From Naegleria gruberi (taxonomy: Eukaryota): a stretch of 64,000 nt of DNA. The stretch's first letter is position 1. The number at the start of each line of letters is the position of its first letter. The translations under genes were made by a program, and so were the position numbers. The notes below the pieces were generated by a model. That model searched no databases, was not told the DNA's origin, and was given only the letters and a program-made list of their open reading frames with translations. Below are positions 10,702-20,457 of the stretch, one piece after another. The stretch lies in assembly GCA_000004985.1 (NCBI GenBank), contig GG738871.1; one strand, written 5' to 3'.

Positions 10702-13700
10702 CTAAACAGTCATTAATTCAACTTCTTTTTTGGTGGCTATTTCAGGCTGTTTCTTTCTTCTCAAACACTTAACAATAATAATTACTAAAATACTAATGAT
10801 GACACAACAGCAACAACATATACCTAATCCAAGTAACCCAAATAGCCCATACAACTCAGAATTGGATTGGTTGCTATTTGGTATTGATATTGGCAATGTA
10901 ATTGTTGATGTGGAAAGAGTTTTTTCCACCACCACTAATGATGTAACATCTTTTGAGCAATTACAATGTATTAATGAATTGGAAACAATTAGAGAGCAAT
11001 TTAGATTACCTTCACTGAATAGATTATCTATTGGAATACATTCAAGAGTTGAAATGATATTTGTTTTTTGTTGTTTAACTGTTTCACCTGAGCTCTCAAA
11101 ATAGTTATTCACATTAATATTTGAAAAGTTGTAATCATTACGAATGTTGAAGGTAAATGAAATATCAGCAGCATACACCTTATCCAGAAATACAATCTTA
11201 GTGAGTAATCTATAGCTCTGTTTCAATTCAAGTTGTTCAAACTCTGAAACTTGGATATTCTGTGTAGTTGAAATTTGATTCAGATAATCAAAGACACCCA
11301 TATAATCTTCCACTGAGAAAAATGATGTCTCTAGAACAGATCTACTTGGAACATTAGGATCAATTCTATTGAATACAAGAGTGCTATTTCCATCAGAGGA
11401 AGTTATTGTCTTTTTCATTTGATTCTTGTAACTCAAGAGAGAAAATATTGAAAAATGTGAAAGATGTACATGGTAATCCTTTTGACCGACATTATAATTT
11501 CTCAACAAGACATTAGTGAATTTCTTCATTGAATTCAAAACTCCATATCTATAATTTTGTCTGAGTTCACTACAGTTTGTTAATAATCTTATAATATTAT
11601 CAAACAAGCTGTTGCACAATGTTTCAACACCATAAGCTACTCTGAATTTAGTATTCTGATTGGCCAAGTTAATGATTCTCTCTGTCAAATTGAAAAATTT
11701 ATCAAATGGAAGTGATTCAATAGAGTGGCAATTTGAAATTAATGATTCCAATCCAAAAACGTAAACGCTGAAATGAATATCCGAAATTAACTCCAAAGGA
11801 CTTTTCTGATCTAATCCAATAGCCATGCTATTGATCATTTCTTCTCTCAATCCATATGCAACGTCCATGTTCAAGTTTCTTGCTTGGCTCAACTGGGCAA
11901 TCATTAGTTCTGAAGTTCTTGAAATTGTAGCAGAATTGAAAACTAATTTAGCACTGTCACTTGGTAGGTATGATGCAGCATAGGATTGCCATGACTTTAC
12001 TTTGCTTTTAACATTTGATAGAGATGCTGCTGCAGGAGTTAAGATTTCAACAGTTTTGATAAACTCAACAGATGCTCCTGTATCCAAATCAACAATGTCA
12101 ACAAATGTATCCATTTGTTTTGAAAAAAATGGAGAAGGAAGGTATGAAGAAAACTTTTCTCCTAAATTGTAAAGTGGAATTTTTGTTCCTGACTTGTCGT
12201 CAATGAATCCAAAAACAAAATCAATTGATTTTTCTGTATTTTGACACCCAGGACAAGAAAATGAGAATTGAGTCTCTAATGCATATCCATATGATGGATT
12301 AATATAGCAGAGACATGATTTTGGAGATTTGACAAGTTTGAATTTGTAAGAAAATATTGATGATAGATTATTTCTTCTATCTGTTACTTTGAATAATATT
12401 TCATTTTCTGTATCCTCTATGAAGGTGGAAAGTGAAAGGATTAATGATGAGGATTTTGATGGATTAACTGACATTTTGGAAATCATCGAGTCAGTCAATG
12501 TAGCACCATTGATTGTCCATTCTCTGATCATATCATCTTCAGTTGTGTATTTTTCATCTCCTCCCAAAATAACGGATAATTGTAAACTCAAGACTTCACC
12601 TTTGATAACTTTCACTCTGTTTGGTTTGACAGAAATTAAACTAATCACAGGTGGAATCAATAATTCCGTACTTGGAAAATCAATATCTACTGATTTTGAT
12701 ATGTAACGTATTCCTTTTTGGATTGACAATGTTAAAGTAACTTTTGAAAGTGACGATTTTTGAATAGTACATTTTGGAGACTTCAAGTTTGAACATTGGT
12801 TTAAAATATTTGAAATTAATGAATCCTGACATGAATTTTTTGAGATTCTGTCAAAGCAAGACCAAGTCCATGAATCAGAAGTTGATACATCATTATCTGG
12901 ATCTGAATATTCAACATTAGTTTCAGCTTGATTTGTATTCAAATTGGAAAGATAAATATTGACTGATAAATCTCTTGATTTGCTGGATATTGGAATAAGT
13001 AATGTTGCATTTGAATTTGAATTAAATTTTGATATTGCTTTAACACCAAATAAAAAGGATTCATCTTGGCTATTTGAAATTCCAGTTATAACTAAATCAT
13101 TGTTAACATCTATCTGATAATCAATGGTAGAACCTGATGCTTGGTACCAAATATATTCAAATTCCTTGTTTTCAAAATAGCAAGCAGGTAATTCAATAGA
13201 TTTCTTTACAACTATTGGAAGAGAACTTTTCTCAATATTGATTAATGACATTTTACTTGTCAGCATTGAAAGTGTTGGATGTGGAACAAATGATTTAGAA
13301 ATTTCAATAAATTGCTTTTCACTCTTTGAACCACTGAGAGAACTTTCTACAATTAATCCCAATACATACATTCCTGAAATGGAAATGTTGTTTGAATTCA
13401 AAGTGGAATTGAAATTACTTAAAGATATTTTTTCTAGACTGAAATTCGGATCTGGGGACGATTCAATTGACCAAATAAATTTGACTGGTTTCAAATCTCC
13501 ACAATATGATCCTGATGCATCAATTAATATTTCTTCACATGGACTGATACTTTTCTTATATGCAACACTAATGATTGGTTTCACTGGATTATTGGAAGGA
13601 AGTATAGTAACGGATAACGGGCAATTAATGTTAGAAAGTTCATTGTTATCAAGTGCATTTACATTCAAAGTAATATTTAGGAAGGGCAATAAAGAATGTT

Positions 13701-16700
13701 GACCACCAAGTTCAATATAGAAATTACCATCTTTCCAAAAGCATGATGGGTTATTTCCAAATAAAGTTAAACTATCATCTAATAGCAGCTTACTACACTC
13801 TACAAAGCTATTATTGCAGCCAAGTTGCCAGTTATTCATATGAAATTCTAAAGTATTTCCAAAAGAATTAAAAGTTGGTTGTGGACTTTGGGCAAAACAC
13901 CTTGTTCCAATAAAACCAACATTACATTGACAATTATTTTCATCAACACAGAAACCGTTTCCTGAACAAGTTAATGGATCTGCTTGTAATTTTCCAAAAC
14001 AAGAAGTCTTTGTAAAACTTGTCAACAATTCACATTGCAAACCATGATGAAGTGAATTACATTGACATGTGTTGTTTGAGGTACAATTACCATTACCACT
14101 ACAAACTCTTGAATCATTCATTTCATATCCAAAACATTTGGTAACTAAAACAGTGTTTGAAGAGGTTGTTGTTGTATTGGAGGTTGCATTATTTAAGGAA
14201 ACATTGGTATCATTGATTGTTCCAACATTGGTTGAATTTAAGAAACCTGTCGAAGAATTATTAATGGTATTTGTATAATTGTTATTTACAAACATTAAAG
14301 AAGTGTTACTATTAGCTGTAGTATTTGATAATACTGAGTTATTACTCAAGACGGAAGAATTTGAAACTGGTACTGTACTGCAGTTGGTGCATGTAGAATT
14401 ATCTAGTGCCATTGATGAATTAGTCAAATTATTTGTTGAATTGTTACTGGAAGTATTATTCATTAGTGAGCTATTATTAATGAAACCTTCAGTAATATTT
14501 CCAAAATTGGTGGTATTATCAAAAGCTGGAGATGAGTTATTAATGGCAGTATTTGTGTAATTGTTATTAAGGGTTGAGTTATCAATGGAAGTGTCATTAC
14601 TCAATACTTTTGTTGTATTTGAGGTTAAGCTATTATTTGTTGCATTTTTCATGTTTTCAACAGTGGCAGTTTCATTGCAAAACAGTCCAGTTGATCCTTC
14701 ATTACAATTACACACAGCTCTAACGAAACAACTTCCATTTCCACTACAAACCAATGAAGAGTTTGACAGAATACCGAAACATGAAGTCACACTGCAAGTA
14801 TTATCATTGTAACCCTCTTTACATTCACAAATATCAAAGTCGACGCATTTTCCATTTCCGTTGCATACATTAGACTCATCACTCAAGATTCCAAAGCAAT
14901 ATATTTTGGAACAATCATCACCATAATAATTATCAAAGCATTCACAACCATTAAAACTTGTGCAATCGCCATTTCCAAAACAAGCTGAATCATTATTGTA
15001 AAATACACCAAAGCAAGTGAAGTTTTGTAAACAATATCCATATTTGTCTCTTTCACAATCAACAATATAACTATAGAGTCCATAACCAGCTGTATCATCA
15101 ATGAAAACAACATCTCCATCTTGGTTGAAACTGGAGCTAGCTATCTTGAATGTTAAATTGGTTGGATTGACAAAATATGCATCAATCTTTGGATCATACC
15201 AAAACTTTGAACTTTTAGTCTCTCCATAATAAGTTCCATCCTTTAAGAATTCTGAAAAAGAGTTAATATAATCAGCATTTCTAAAATATTTTGGACCAGT
15301 TATGGTTCCATTTCCAAGCACATCCACTACAACTCCTTCATCACGAATTACTCTTCTAATAGGATAATCACAACCACCAGTGTCTCTTATGAAATATATA
15401 TCTCCATTTTCAGCAATAGTCCATCCATATTTACTGAGGGGGGACCTATCACTTGGTGTTCTCAAACCTTGACCTGCAATTTGAACAATCTTGGTACCAT
15501 TTACTACTTTATAAACACCTTGATTACAAGTATCACCTATCATGAAAATTGTTCCATTTTGATCTATTGTCCAGCTTATTGGACTATACGGTAAGCCGTA
15601 AGCAACAGGTGTAATTTCAGTATCTATAATTTTCAACTTGGCAATATAATAGTCTTTAGTATGGAGAGAGGATGAGCAGGTCACATAAATTTCATCATTG
15701 AAACAGAGAATATTTGTAACTGTACAATAATCAACTTTTCCATCAACGGTACGATTTAAGGTTCTTGTTGACAACGTTTGGCTGGTAAGATTAAAGAATG
15801 ATAAATAGGAAGAAGAAATTTCTGAGAACACAAGTGTGTCATCACTTAATAAACAGAGACGTTTCGGTACTGTTCTAGAAAAAGATGCTATTGTTGTGTG
15901 TGTATCATTTGTTGGATCATAGCCAACAACAGATTTTGCCAAGTAGTAAATATTACCATTAGACTTTCTAATAACAAAGCTATTCACTGAATCACCAATA
16001 AAAAAAACTGTTCTCAAAGTAGTCGAATTAATTCGTTCGAAAATATATGAAGAATAACCTGTTTGATATGCAAAGTAGAAATTTTGTGATACTGGATGAA
16101 ATATCATTGTACTGAATAAAGCTGCTGATGTAGGCATAAGATCTCCCTCAGAGGGACGAGGCATTTCGTACAAATTGTTATATCCTCGCCCAACCAAGGG
16201 CATTACCCTATTTTGATTGTCTATATATGAAATAATATTGCTTGTTCTCAGATATAAAGTACCAGTTATTGGATGTGACATAATTCCTAATAACGAGTCA
16301 AATTTAACATCTTTAGCATCTGAATATAATCCAGAAAGACTTATTCCTTCCTGATATCCAACACCAAATACTTTTTTGATGGTGAGATTGGACAGATCCA
16401 GTAGAAATATTCTATGTTGATCAGCTCCATAGCTGAAAAATAAACAACCATTCAAATATTGCATATTCAAGAACTCGGTAATTGAAATATCTAATGAGGA
16501 TTGTCCATCATATTGATATCCAGTTGATGAAGAGCTGTTTCCTGCTATTAATTGTAATAATTTTGAATAAATGTTGAACTTGTATATGAAGTTAGTCACC
16601 TTAGTGTTATTTTTAAACTCAGTGGCAATGAATAAATCCTCTCTTGTTGATTTATCTACTATGCATTGGTAAATATCGTTATTCAAAGTAATCAATGGTT

Positions 16701-17928
16701 TCAATAAACCACTTTTATGCTTCAGTCTGTACACTGTTCGCTTATCCTGTCCAATAATAATAAAATCCCCATTTCTATATGTTTTAATAGGTTTGAAAGT
16801 TGGACTGAATTGAAATCCATGAATGTAGGTTGATAAGGATAAATCCTCCTTGACAAATCCTGCAACATTTTTAGTATTCGAATATTGGTCCACCGTAATT
16901 ATATTAGTTGGTAATGACATGTAATATTTAAGGTTATTATTATATGGAATTATTGAAATTCCTGTGAAAGTATTGGGTCCCAGAGTTTGCAAAGTCTGAT
17001 TACTTCGTTTCAAGTCAATGGTCTCCTTTCCAAATCCAAATACCAGTTCGATATTACCTTCTCTATTTATTTTTCTCACAACAGAATTTGAGTTGTCTGA
17101 AAAATAAATCTCACCATCAATCATTGTGATCAATTTTGGGGAAATAACGCAAGCTTCAAAAGCTAGTCCACTATAGGAGGAATTGAATGAACAGGATGAC
17201 CAACTACCTTTTTCTGCAGCAACTCTAAATAAGGTTCCATTTTGAATTTTCATAATAGAGTTATAAATTGTAAAATAAACTATTCCATTTCGAACAAGAT
17301 AAGATGATGGTGGTCTTAAGGCAGTTGATAAAGCGTTTGAACCATCAGCTGGCATTGCTGTAGTTGTGAATTGATTACCTGCAATTGCAGTTGAACTTTG
17401 TGCTGTTGTATTCACAAATTTAATTCTGTTAAGGCTGTATACAACCAAATTTCCGTATTCATCATCACCGAATATTGTAATTGAACTAGATCCTCCAAAT
17501 GTAACTAATGTGGAAACTGTGTTGTTTTCATGATTAATTACTTTCACTTTACCACTGTATTTCTCTATATAAATACATTGTCCGTTTGAATTTCTTTTTA
17601 GTGAAAGAACCTCTGAAAGAAATTGTTTATCATCAACATCAAGGGTTTTCAGTAAATAAACACTAACAGTTTTCGTAGAAGCATAGTATCTTTTCAAAAA
17701 CTTGCCTTCCCGAAAAATAATATCCTCATTATCTAATACGCACAAGTCTGCAGGTGCAACATTTGCTAAACTGAATACAATATTGGATCCTAATGCTCTA
17801 TCAACAGGTTTAACAATAGATAATTTTGATACATAATTCGGAATTGCATCTACTTGAAAGAATTTGCTTAATAAACTGCTAAGGAGGAAACAAGCAATTA
17901 CCCCAAACAAACAAGAAGAAACTCTCAT
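10702..17928 (-). CDS. Giant (2408 aa) single-exon type I membrane protein. Order: signal peptide, about 950 aa of NHL/beta-propeller repeats, tenascin-type EGF-like Cys repeats flanking an Asn/Ser/Thr-rich heavily sequon-loaded stalk, a roughly 1000-aa uncharacterised ectodomain, one TM helix, and a short basic cytoplasmic tail
   Basis: Uninterrupted 7.2-kb ORF with a verified ATG at 17928..17926. Hydrophobic N-terminus MRVSSCLFGVIACFLLSSLLS. NHL-like repeats (IAGNQFTTTAMPADGSNALSTALRPPS...VYFTIYNSIMKI). EGF-like CxxxxCxGNGxCxxxxxCxCxxGYxGxxC units (CFGNGDCTSFNGCECFDNYYGDDC, CNGNGKCVDFDICECKEGYNDNTC, CSGNGSCFVRAVCNCNEGSTGLFC, CSGNGNCTSNNTCQCNSLHHGLQC). C-terminal LGLGICCCCCVIISILVIIIVKCLRRKKQ. 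Confidence 0.85.
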   Translation of the reverse strand: MRVSSCLFGVIACFLLSSLLSKFFQVDAIPNYVSKLSIVKPVDRALGSNIVFSLANVAPADLCVLDNEDIIFREGKFLKRYYASTKTVSVYLLKTLDVDDKQFLSEVLSLKRNSNGQCIYIEKYSGKVKVINHENNTVSTLVTFGGSSSITIFGDDEYGNLVVYSLNRIKFVNTTAQSSTAIAGNQFTTTAMPADGSNALSTALRPPSSYLVRNGIVYFTIYNSIMKIQNGTLFRVAAEKGSWSSCSFNSSYSGLAFEACVISPKLITMIDGEIYFSDNSNSVVRKINREGNIELVFGFGKETIDLKRSNQTLQTLGPNTFTGISIIPYNNNLKYYMSLPTNIITVDQYSNTKNVAGFVKEDLSLSTYIHGFQFSPTFKPIKTYRNGDFIIIGQDKRTVYRLKHKSGLLKPLITLNNDIYQCIVDKSTREDLFIATEFKNNTKVTNFIYKFNIYSKLLQLIAGNSSSSTGYQYDGQSSLDISITEFLNMQYLNGCLFFSYGADQHRIFLLDLSNLTIKKVFGVGYQEGISLSGLYSDAKDVKFDSLLGIMSHPITGTLYLRTSNIISYIDNQNRVMPLVGRGYNNLYEMPRPSEGDLMPTSAALFSTMIFHPVSQNFYFAYQTGYSSYIFERINSTTLRTVFFIGDSVNSFVIRKSNGNIYYLAKSVVGYDPTNDTHTTIASFSRTVPKRLCLLSDDTLVFSEISSSYLSFFNLTSQTLSTRTLNRTVDGKVDYCTVTNILCFNDEIYVTCSSSLHTKDYYIAKLKIIDTEITPVAYGLPYSPISWTIDQNGTIFMIGDTCNQGVYKVVNGTKIVQIAGQGLRTPSDRSPLSKYGWTIAENGDIYFIRDTGGCDYPIRRVIRDEGVVVDVLGNGTITGPKYFRNADYINSFSEFLKDGTYYGETKSSKFWYDPKIDAYFVNPTNLTFKIASSSFNQDGDVVFIDDTAGYGLYSYIVDCERDKYGYCLQNFTCFGVFYNNDSACFGNGDCTSFNGCECFDNYYGDDCSKIYCFGILSDESNVCNGNGKCVDFDICECKEGYNDNTCSVTSCFGILSNSSLVCSGNGSCFVRAVCNCNEGSTGLFCNETATVENMKNATNNSLTSNTTKVLSNDTSIDNSTLNNNYTNTAINNSSPAFDNTTNFGNITEGFINNSSLMNNTSSNNSTNNLTNSSMALDNSTCTNCSTVPVSNSSVLSNNSVLSNTTANSNTSLMFVNNNYTNTINNSSTGFLNSTNVGTINDTNVSLNNATSNTTTTSSNTVLVTKCFGYEMNDSRVCSGNGNCTSNNTCQCNSLHHGLQCELLTSFTKTSCFGKLQADPLTCSGNGFCVDENNCQCNVGFIGTRCFAQSPQPTFNSFGNTLEFHMNNWQLGCNNSFVECSKLLLDDSLTLFGNNPSCFWKDGNFYIELGGQHSLLPFLNITLNVNALDNNELSNINCPLSVTILPSNNPVKPIISVAYKKSISPCEEILIDASGSYCGDLKPVKFIWSIESSPDPNFSLEKISLSNFNSTLNSNNISISGMYVLGLIVESSLSGSKSEKQFIEISKSFVPHPTLSMLTSKMSLINIEKSSLPIVVKKSIELPACYFENKEFEYIWYQASGSTIDYQIDVNNDLVITGISNSQDESFLFGVKAISKFNSNSNATLLIPISSKSRDLSVNIYLSNLNTNQAETNVEYSDPDNDVSTSDSWTWSCFDRISKNSCQDSLISNILNQCSNLKSPKCTIQKSSLSKVTLTLSIQKGIRYISKSVDIDFPSTELLIPPVISLISVKPNRVKVIKGEVLSLQLSVILGGDEKYTTEDDMIREWTINGATLTDSMISKMSVNPSKSSSLILSLSTFIEDTENEILFKVTDRRNNLSSIFSYKFKLVKSPKSCLCYINPSYGYALETQFSFSCPGCQNTEKSIDFVFGFIDDKSGTKIPLYNLGEKFSSYLPSPFFSKQMDTFVDIVDLDTGASVEFIKTVEILTPAAASLSNVKSKVKSWQSYAASYLPSDSAKLVFNSATISRTSELMIAQLSQARNLNMDVAYGLREEMINSMAIGLDQKSPLELISDIHFSVYVFGLESLISNCHSIESLPFDKFFNLTERIINLANQNTKFRVAYGVETLCNSLFDNIIRLLTNCSELRQNYRYGVLNSMKKFTNVLLRNYNVGQKDYHVHLSHFSIFSLLSYKNQMKKTITSSDGNSTLVFNRIDPNVPSRSVLETSFFSVEDYMGVFDYLNQISTTQNIQVSEFEQLELKQSYRLLTKIVFLDKVYAADISFTFNIRNDYNFSNINVNNYFESSGETVKQQKTNIISTLECIPIDNLFSEGNLNCSLIVSNSLIHCNCSKDVTSLVVVEKTLSTSTITLPISIPNSNQSNSELYGLFGLLGLGICCCCCVIISILVIIIVKCLRRKKQPEIATKKEVELMTV

Positions 17929-18688
17929 ACAATTTTTTTCTCAAAAGATTCAGTGAAGAGCCAATAAAAACATAGTATCACAACCGCAAAAGAATCTCTG
18001 TCTGTTAAGGTGAATTAAGTGATTAAGGGGCATTGAATTTCCAAGTTTTCTAAAACTTCTGTACATTCGTAAATTGAACCAATAAGAAAATAAGTCCAAA
18101 TAAGGATTGTTCTTGCAAACTAATAAGAATAGTGCTGTGAGAAATCATGGAGAACGTTTTTTTAAGGCCATCATTGTTTACCGTAATGTAAAGTTAATTC
18201 ACAGTATTGAGGAGTCTCAATGAATCAAGATTTTTCAAAAATAATGGAGACGCAACTCAAGACGCAGTCTGACTAGTCTCCAGCGAGCTGTAGTGTATTA
18301 TTAAAGGCCCAGACCTCTTGTGAGGATGTTTCACTGTTCAGTTGCCTTCAAATAGATTCAAATCTAGACAGGAACCTTCAGTACCTTATTTAGATCTAAT
18401 TTAATGAACAGTGAAAGAAAGAGAAAATAATTCAAATTGTTCAGTGTGCGAGAAAATAATGTAGAATCGATATATTGATTTGGGAAGATGTGGTGAGTTT
18501 GACATAAATCTACAAGAGAATAAACCCGAGAACAATAAATCAAAAAAGTTATTGGCATTGTTTTGTTGAGAGATATGCCAATTCCAGTATTAGCATCCAT
18601 TATTTACTATTAAATCAACATATTTTAACAATTAGAGATTTTCAAAATTAGGCCAGTTGACTTGTTTTGATGTTTTTGAAAAGAAAAA

Positions 18689-20413
18689 ATGTCTCAAATA
18701 CCTCAACCGATGCACGAAGTCAATGACTTGAATCAAACAACTACATCAAAAGAAATACTTTCTAAAATGATAGTTTATAATGCCCTTCGTTCAAATGATA
18801 ATAATTCGTCTAATTCAACAGATTCGTCTCTGGCAAGTATCACTGGAATTAAGCCTTCTACTGAAATACTTTCATCATTTCAAACTCTGGATCTTTCAAC
18901 ACTTTCTCAATCATATGCCATTCTATTAATCATTAGAAAATTCATTGTTCAGGGTGGGTGCCCATTTTGTAATAGAAGAATGACTCAAATCAATGAATGG
19001 AGAAGATCATTATTGCAATTGGGAATTGTTCCGGTCATTCTTCATTCTGAAAGTGTTCAAGATGGAAATTTGTTTTTCAAAGAACTTGTTAATCCTCAAC
19101 TCAGAGATATTTGGAGAGTTTCAGATCCTTCATATGAAAACACCATTCAATTTTGCAAATCATCTGATTCAGGAACAACTCCATTGCAATTTGTGGATTA
19201 TGATAAATTTTATCCCATTAAGAAAATTACAAAACTCGTTCCAGTGTTAGCACAAGGTTACTTTGATCCTGCTGACAGATATAAATTGGAAAAGGGCATG
19301 AAAATTGATAAGAGTTCATTGGAAGTCAAGGCAAGAATATTATTGATTAAGAATGATAAGGTGATCAAGACATGGGATCATGAAAAACATGAAAATGCAC
19401 CTGATGTGCTTTCAGATGTGATTATGAGATTAGATTGGTTGCCAAGAGAATTAAGCATTGGAGATTTCGAAAGTGAGAATGAAAATAAGGTTGAAGATGA
19501 ACCACATAAAGAATCTTCTGATACAAATCCAGATCATGTCCAAGTTTCAATAGATGATGAAGAAAATGATCCAAGCAAATATTCAACTCCACCAAATTCC
19601 ATGAATTTTCTCAATCAAGACATCAATCAAAAAGACAATCAAACCAATGAGGAATTAATTGAAATTGAACCAAACTCTCCAACATCCCCATCCTCTCCCA
19701 CCAAAACCCTTAATTCCTTATTGGACACTCTCCATACCAACATTGATATTTACAAGAAGGAAAAGAGCAGAAAATTTGAATTTAAGAAAATTTCACCACA
19801 ACAACAGCAAGAAGAATTGAAAGAAAAAACTGAAAAAGCAAAACAAAAATTTAATGATTTCAAAGCTAAGAAATCAAAGGAATCAATTGGATGCTTTGCA
19901 GTGAGAAGGGGTGATTCTGATAAAAAAAGTCAAGCAGTTTCTTTGGAAGATTTGGGGCAGAGCGTTGGATCTTTGGGGAGACTAATCCAAAGTGAAAGAA
20001 AGAGAAAGTATTTGAAATTGTTTAGTGCAAGAGAGTATAATGTGGAATCAGTGTTGTTTTGGGAGGATATCAACTTGTTTTATAAGAAATTATTCACATG
20101 TTCAAAGCTTTCGAATAGAAAAAAGGAGAAAATTGTTGAACATTCGAATAGAATTGCTAAAAGGTACTTATTGGATGAAGATAGTTTGTTTATCCTAAAC
20201 ACTAATAAGAGATTGAAAGACATCGTAAGAGAACATCTTCCACACAGAATTTCAGATCTTAAAACTAAAACAGATATTGCAAATGCAGAAACTCTATTCG
20301 ATTCAGTCCTTTTGGATGTAATGGCACATGTCCTTTCGGATATTTATGTTAGATTCTTATTCTCTGATGAGTACAAACAAATGAATGTTGAATTAGGTTT
20401 CACAACACAATAA
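18689..20413 (+). CDS. RGS-domain protein (574 aa) with an N-terminal CPFC (CxxC, thioredoxin/glutaredoxin-like) motif region and an acidic, low-complexity middle
   Basis: ATG at 18689. C-terminal RGS signature ...FSAREYNVESVLFWEDINLFYKK...DIVREHLP...ETLFDSVLLDVMAHVLSDIYVRFLFSDEY. N-terminal GGCPFCNRRM. Confidence 0.7.
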   Translation: MSQIPQPMHEVNDLNQTTTSKEILSKMIVYNALRSNDNNSSNSTDSSLASITGIKPSTEILSSFQTLDLSTLSQSYAILLIIRKFIVQGGCPFCNRRMTQINEWRRSLLQLGIVPVILHSESVQDGNLFFKELVNPQLRDIWRVSDPSYENTIQFCKSSDSGTTPLQFVDYDKFYPIKKITKLVPVLAQGYFDPADRYKLEKGMKIDKSSLEVKARILLIKNDKVIKTWDHEKHENAPDVLSDVIMRLDWLPRELSIGDFESENENKVEDEPHKESSDTNPDHVQVSIDDEENDPSKYSTPPNSMNFLNQDINQKDNQTNEELIEIEPNSPTSPSSPTKTLNSLLDTLHTNIDIYKKEKSRKFEFKKISPQQQQEELKEKTEKAKQKFNDFKAKKSKESIGCFAVRRGDSDKKSQAVSLEDLGQSVGSLGRLIQSERKRKYLKLFSAREYNVESVLFWEDINLFYKKLFTCSKLSNRKKEKIVEHSNRIAKRYLLDEDSLFILNTNKRLKDIVREHLPHRISDLKTKTDIANAETLFDSVLLDVMAHVLSDIYVRFLFSDEYKQMNVELGFTTQ

Positions 20414-20457
20414 ACTGAACTAAACCAAAAAGAAACCTTGGCACCATTTTCAAAAAA

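Noticed and set aside
12389-15119. Multiple plus-strand ORFs of 69-154 aa inside the giant minus-strand gene
   Set aside because: They are antisense to a continuous 7.2-kb ORF with strong domain content, low-complexity, and not supported by any motif.
18993-19250. Nested +2-frame ORF inside the RGS/CxxC gene, plus many other 60-110-aa overlapping ORFs across the window (e.g. 33426..33758(-), 35380..35598, 40338..40825, 46017..46273, 56796..57698)
   Set aside because: They overlap longer, domain-supported ORFs in other frames. They show no motifs and no independent start or termination context.
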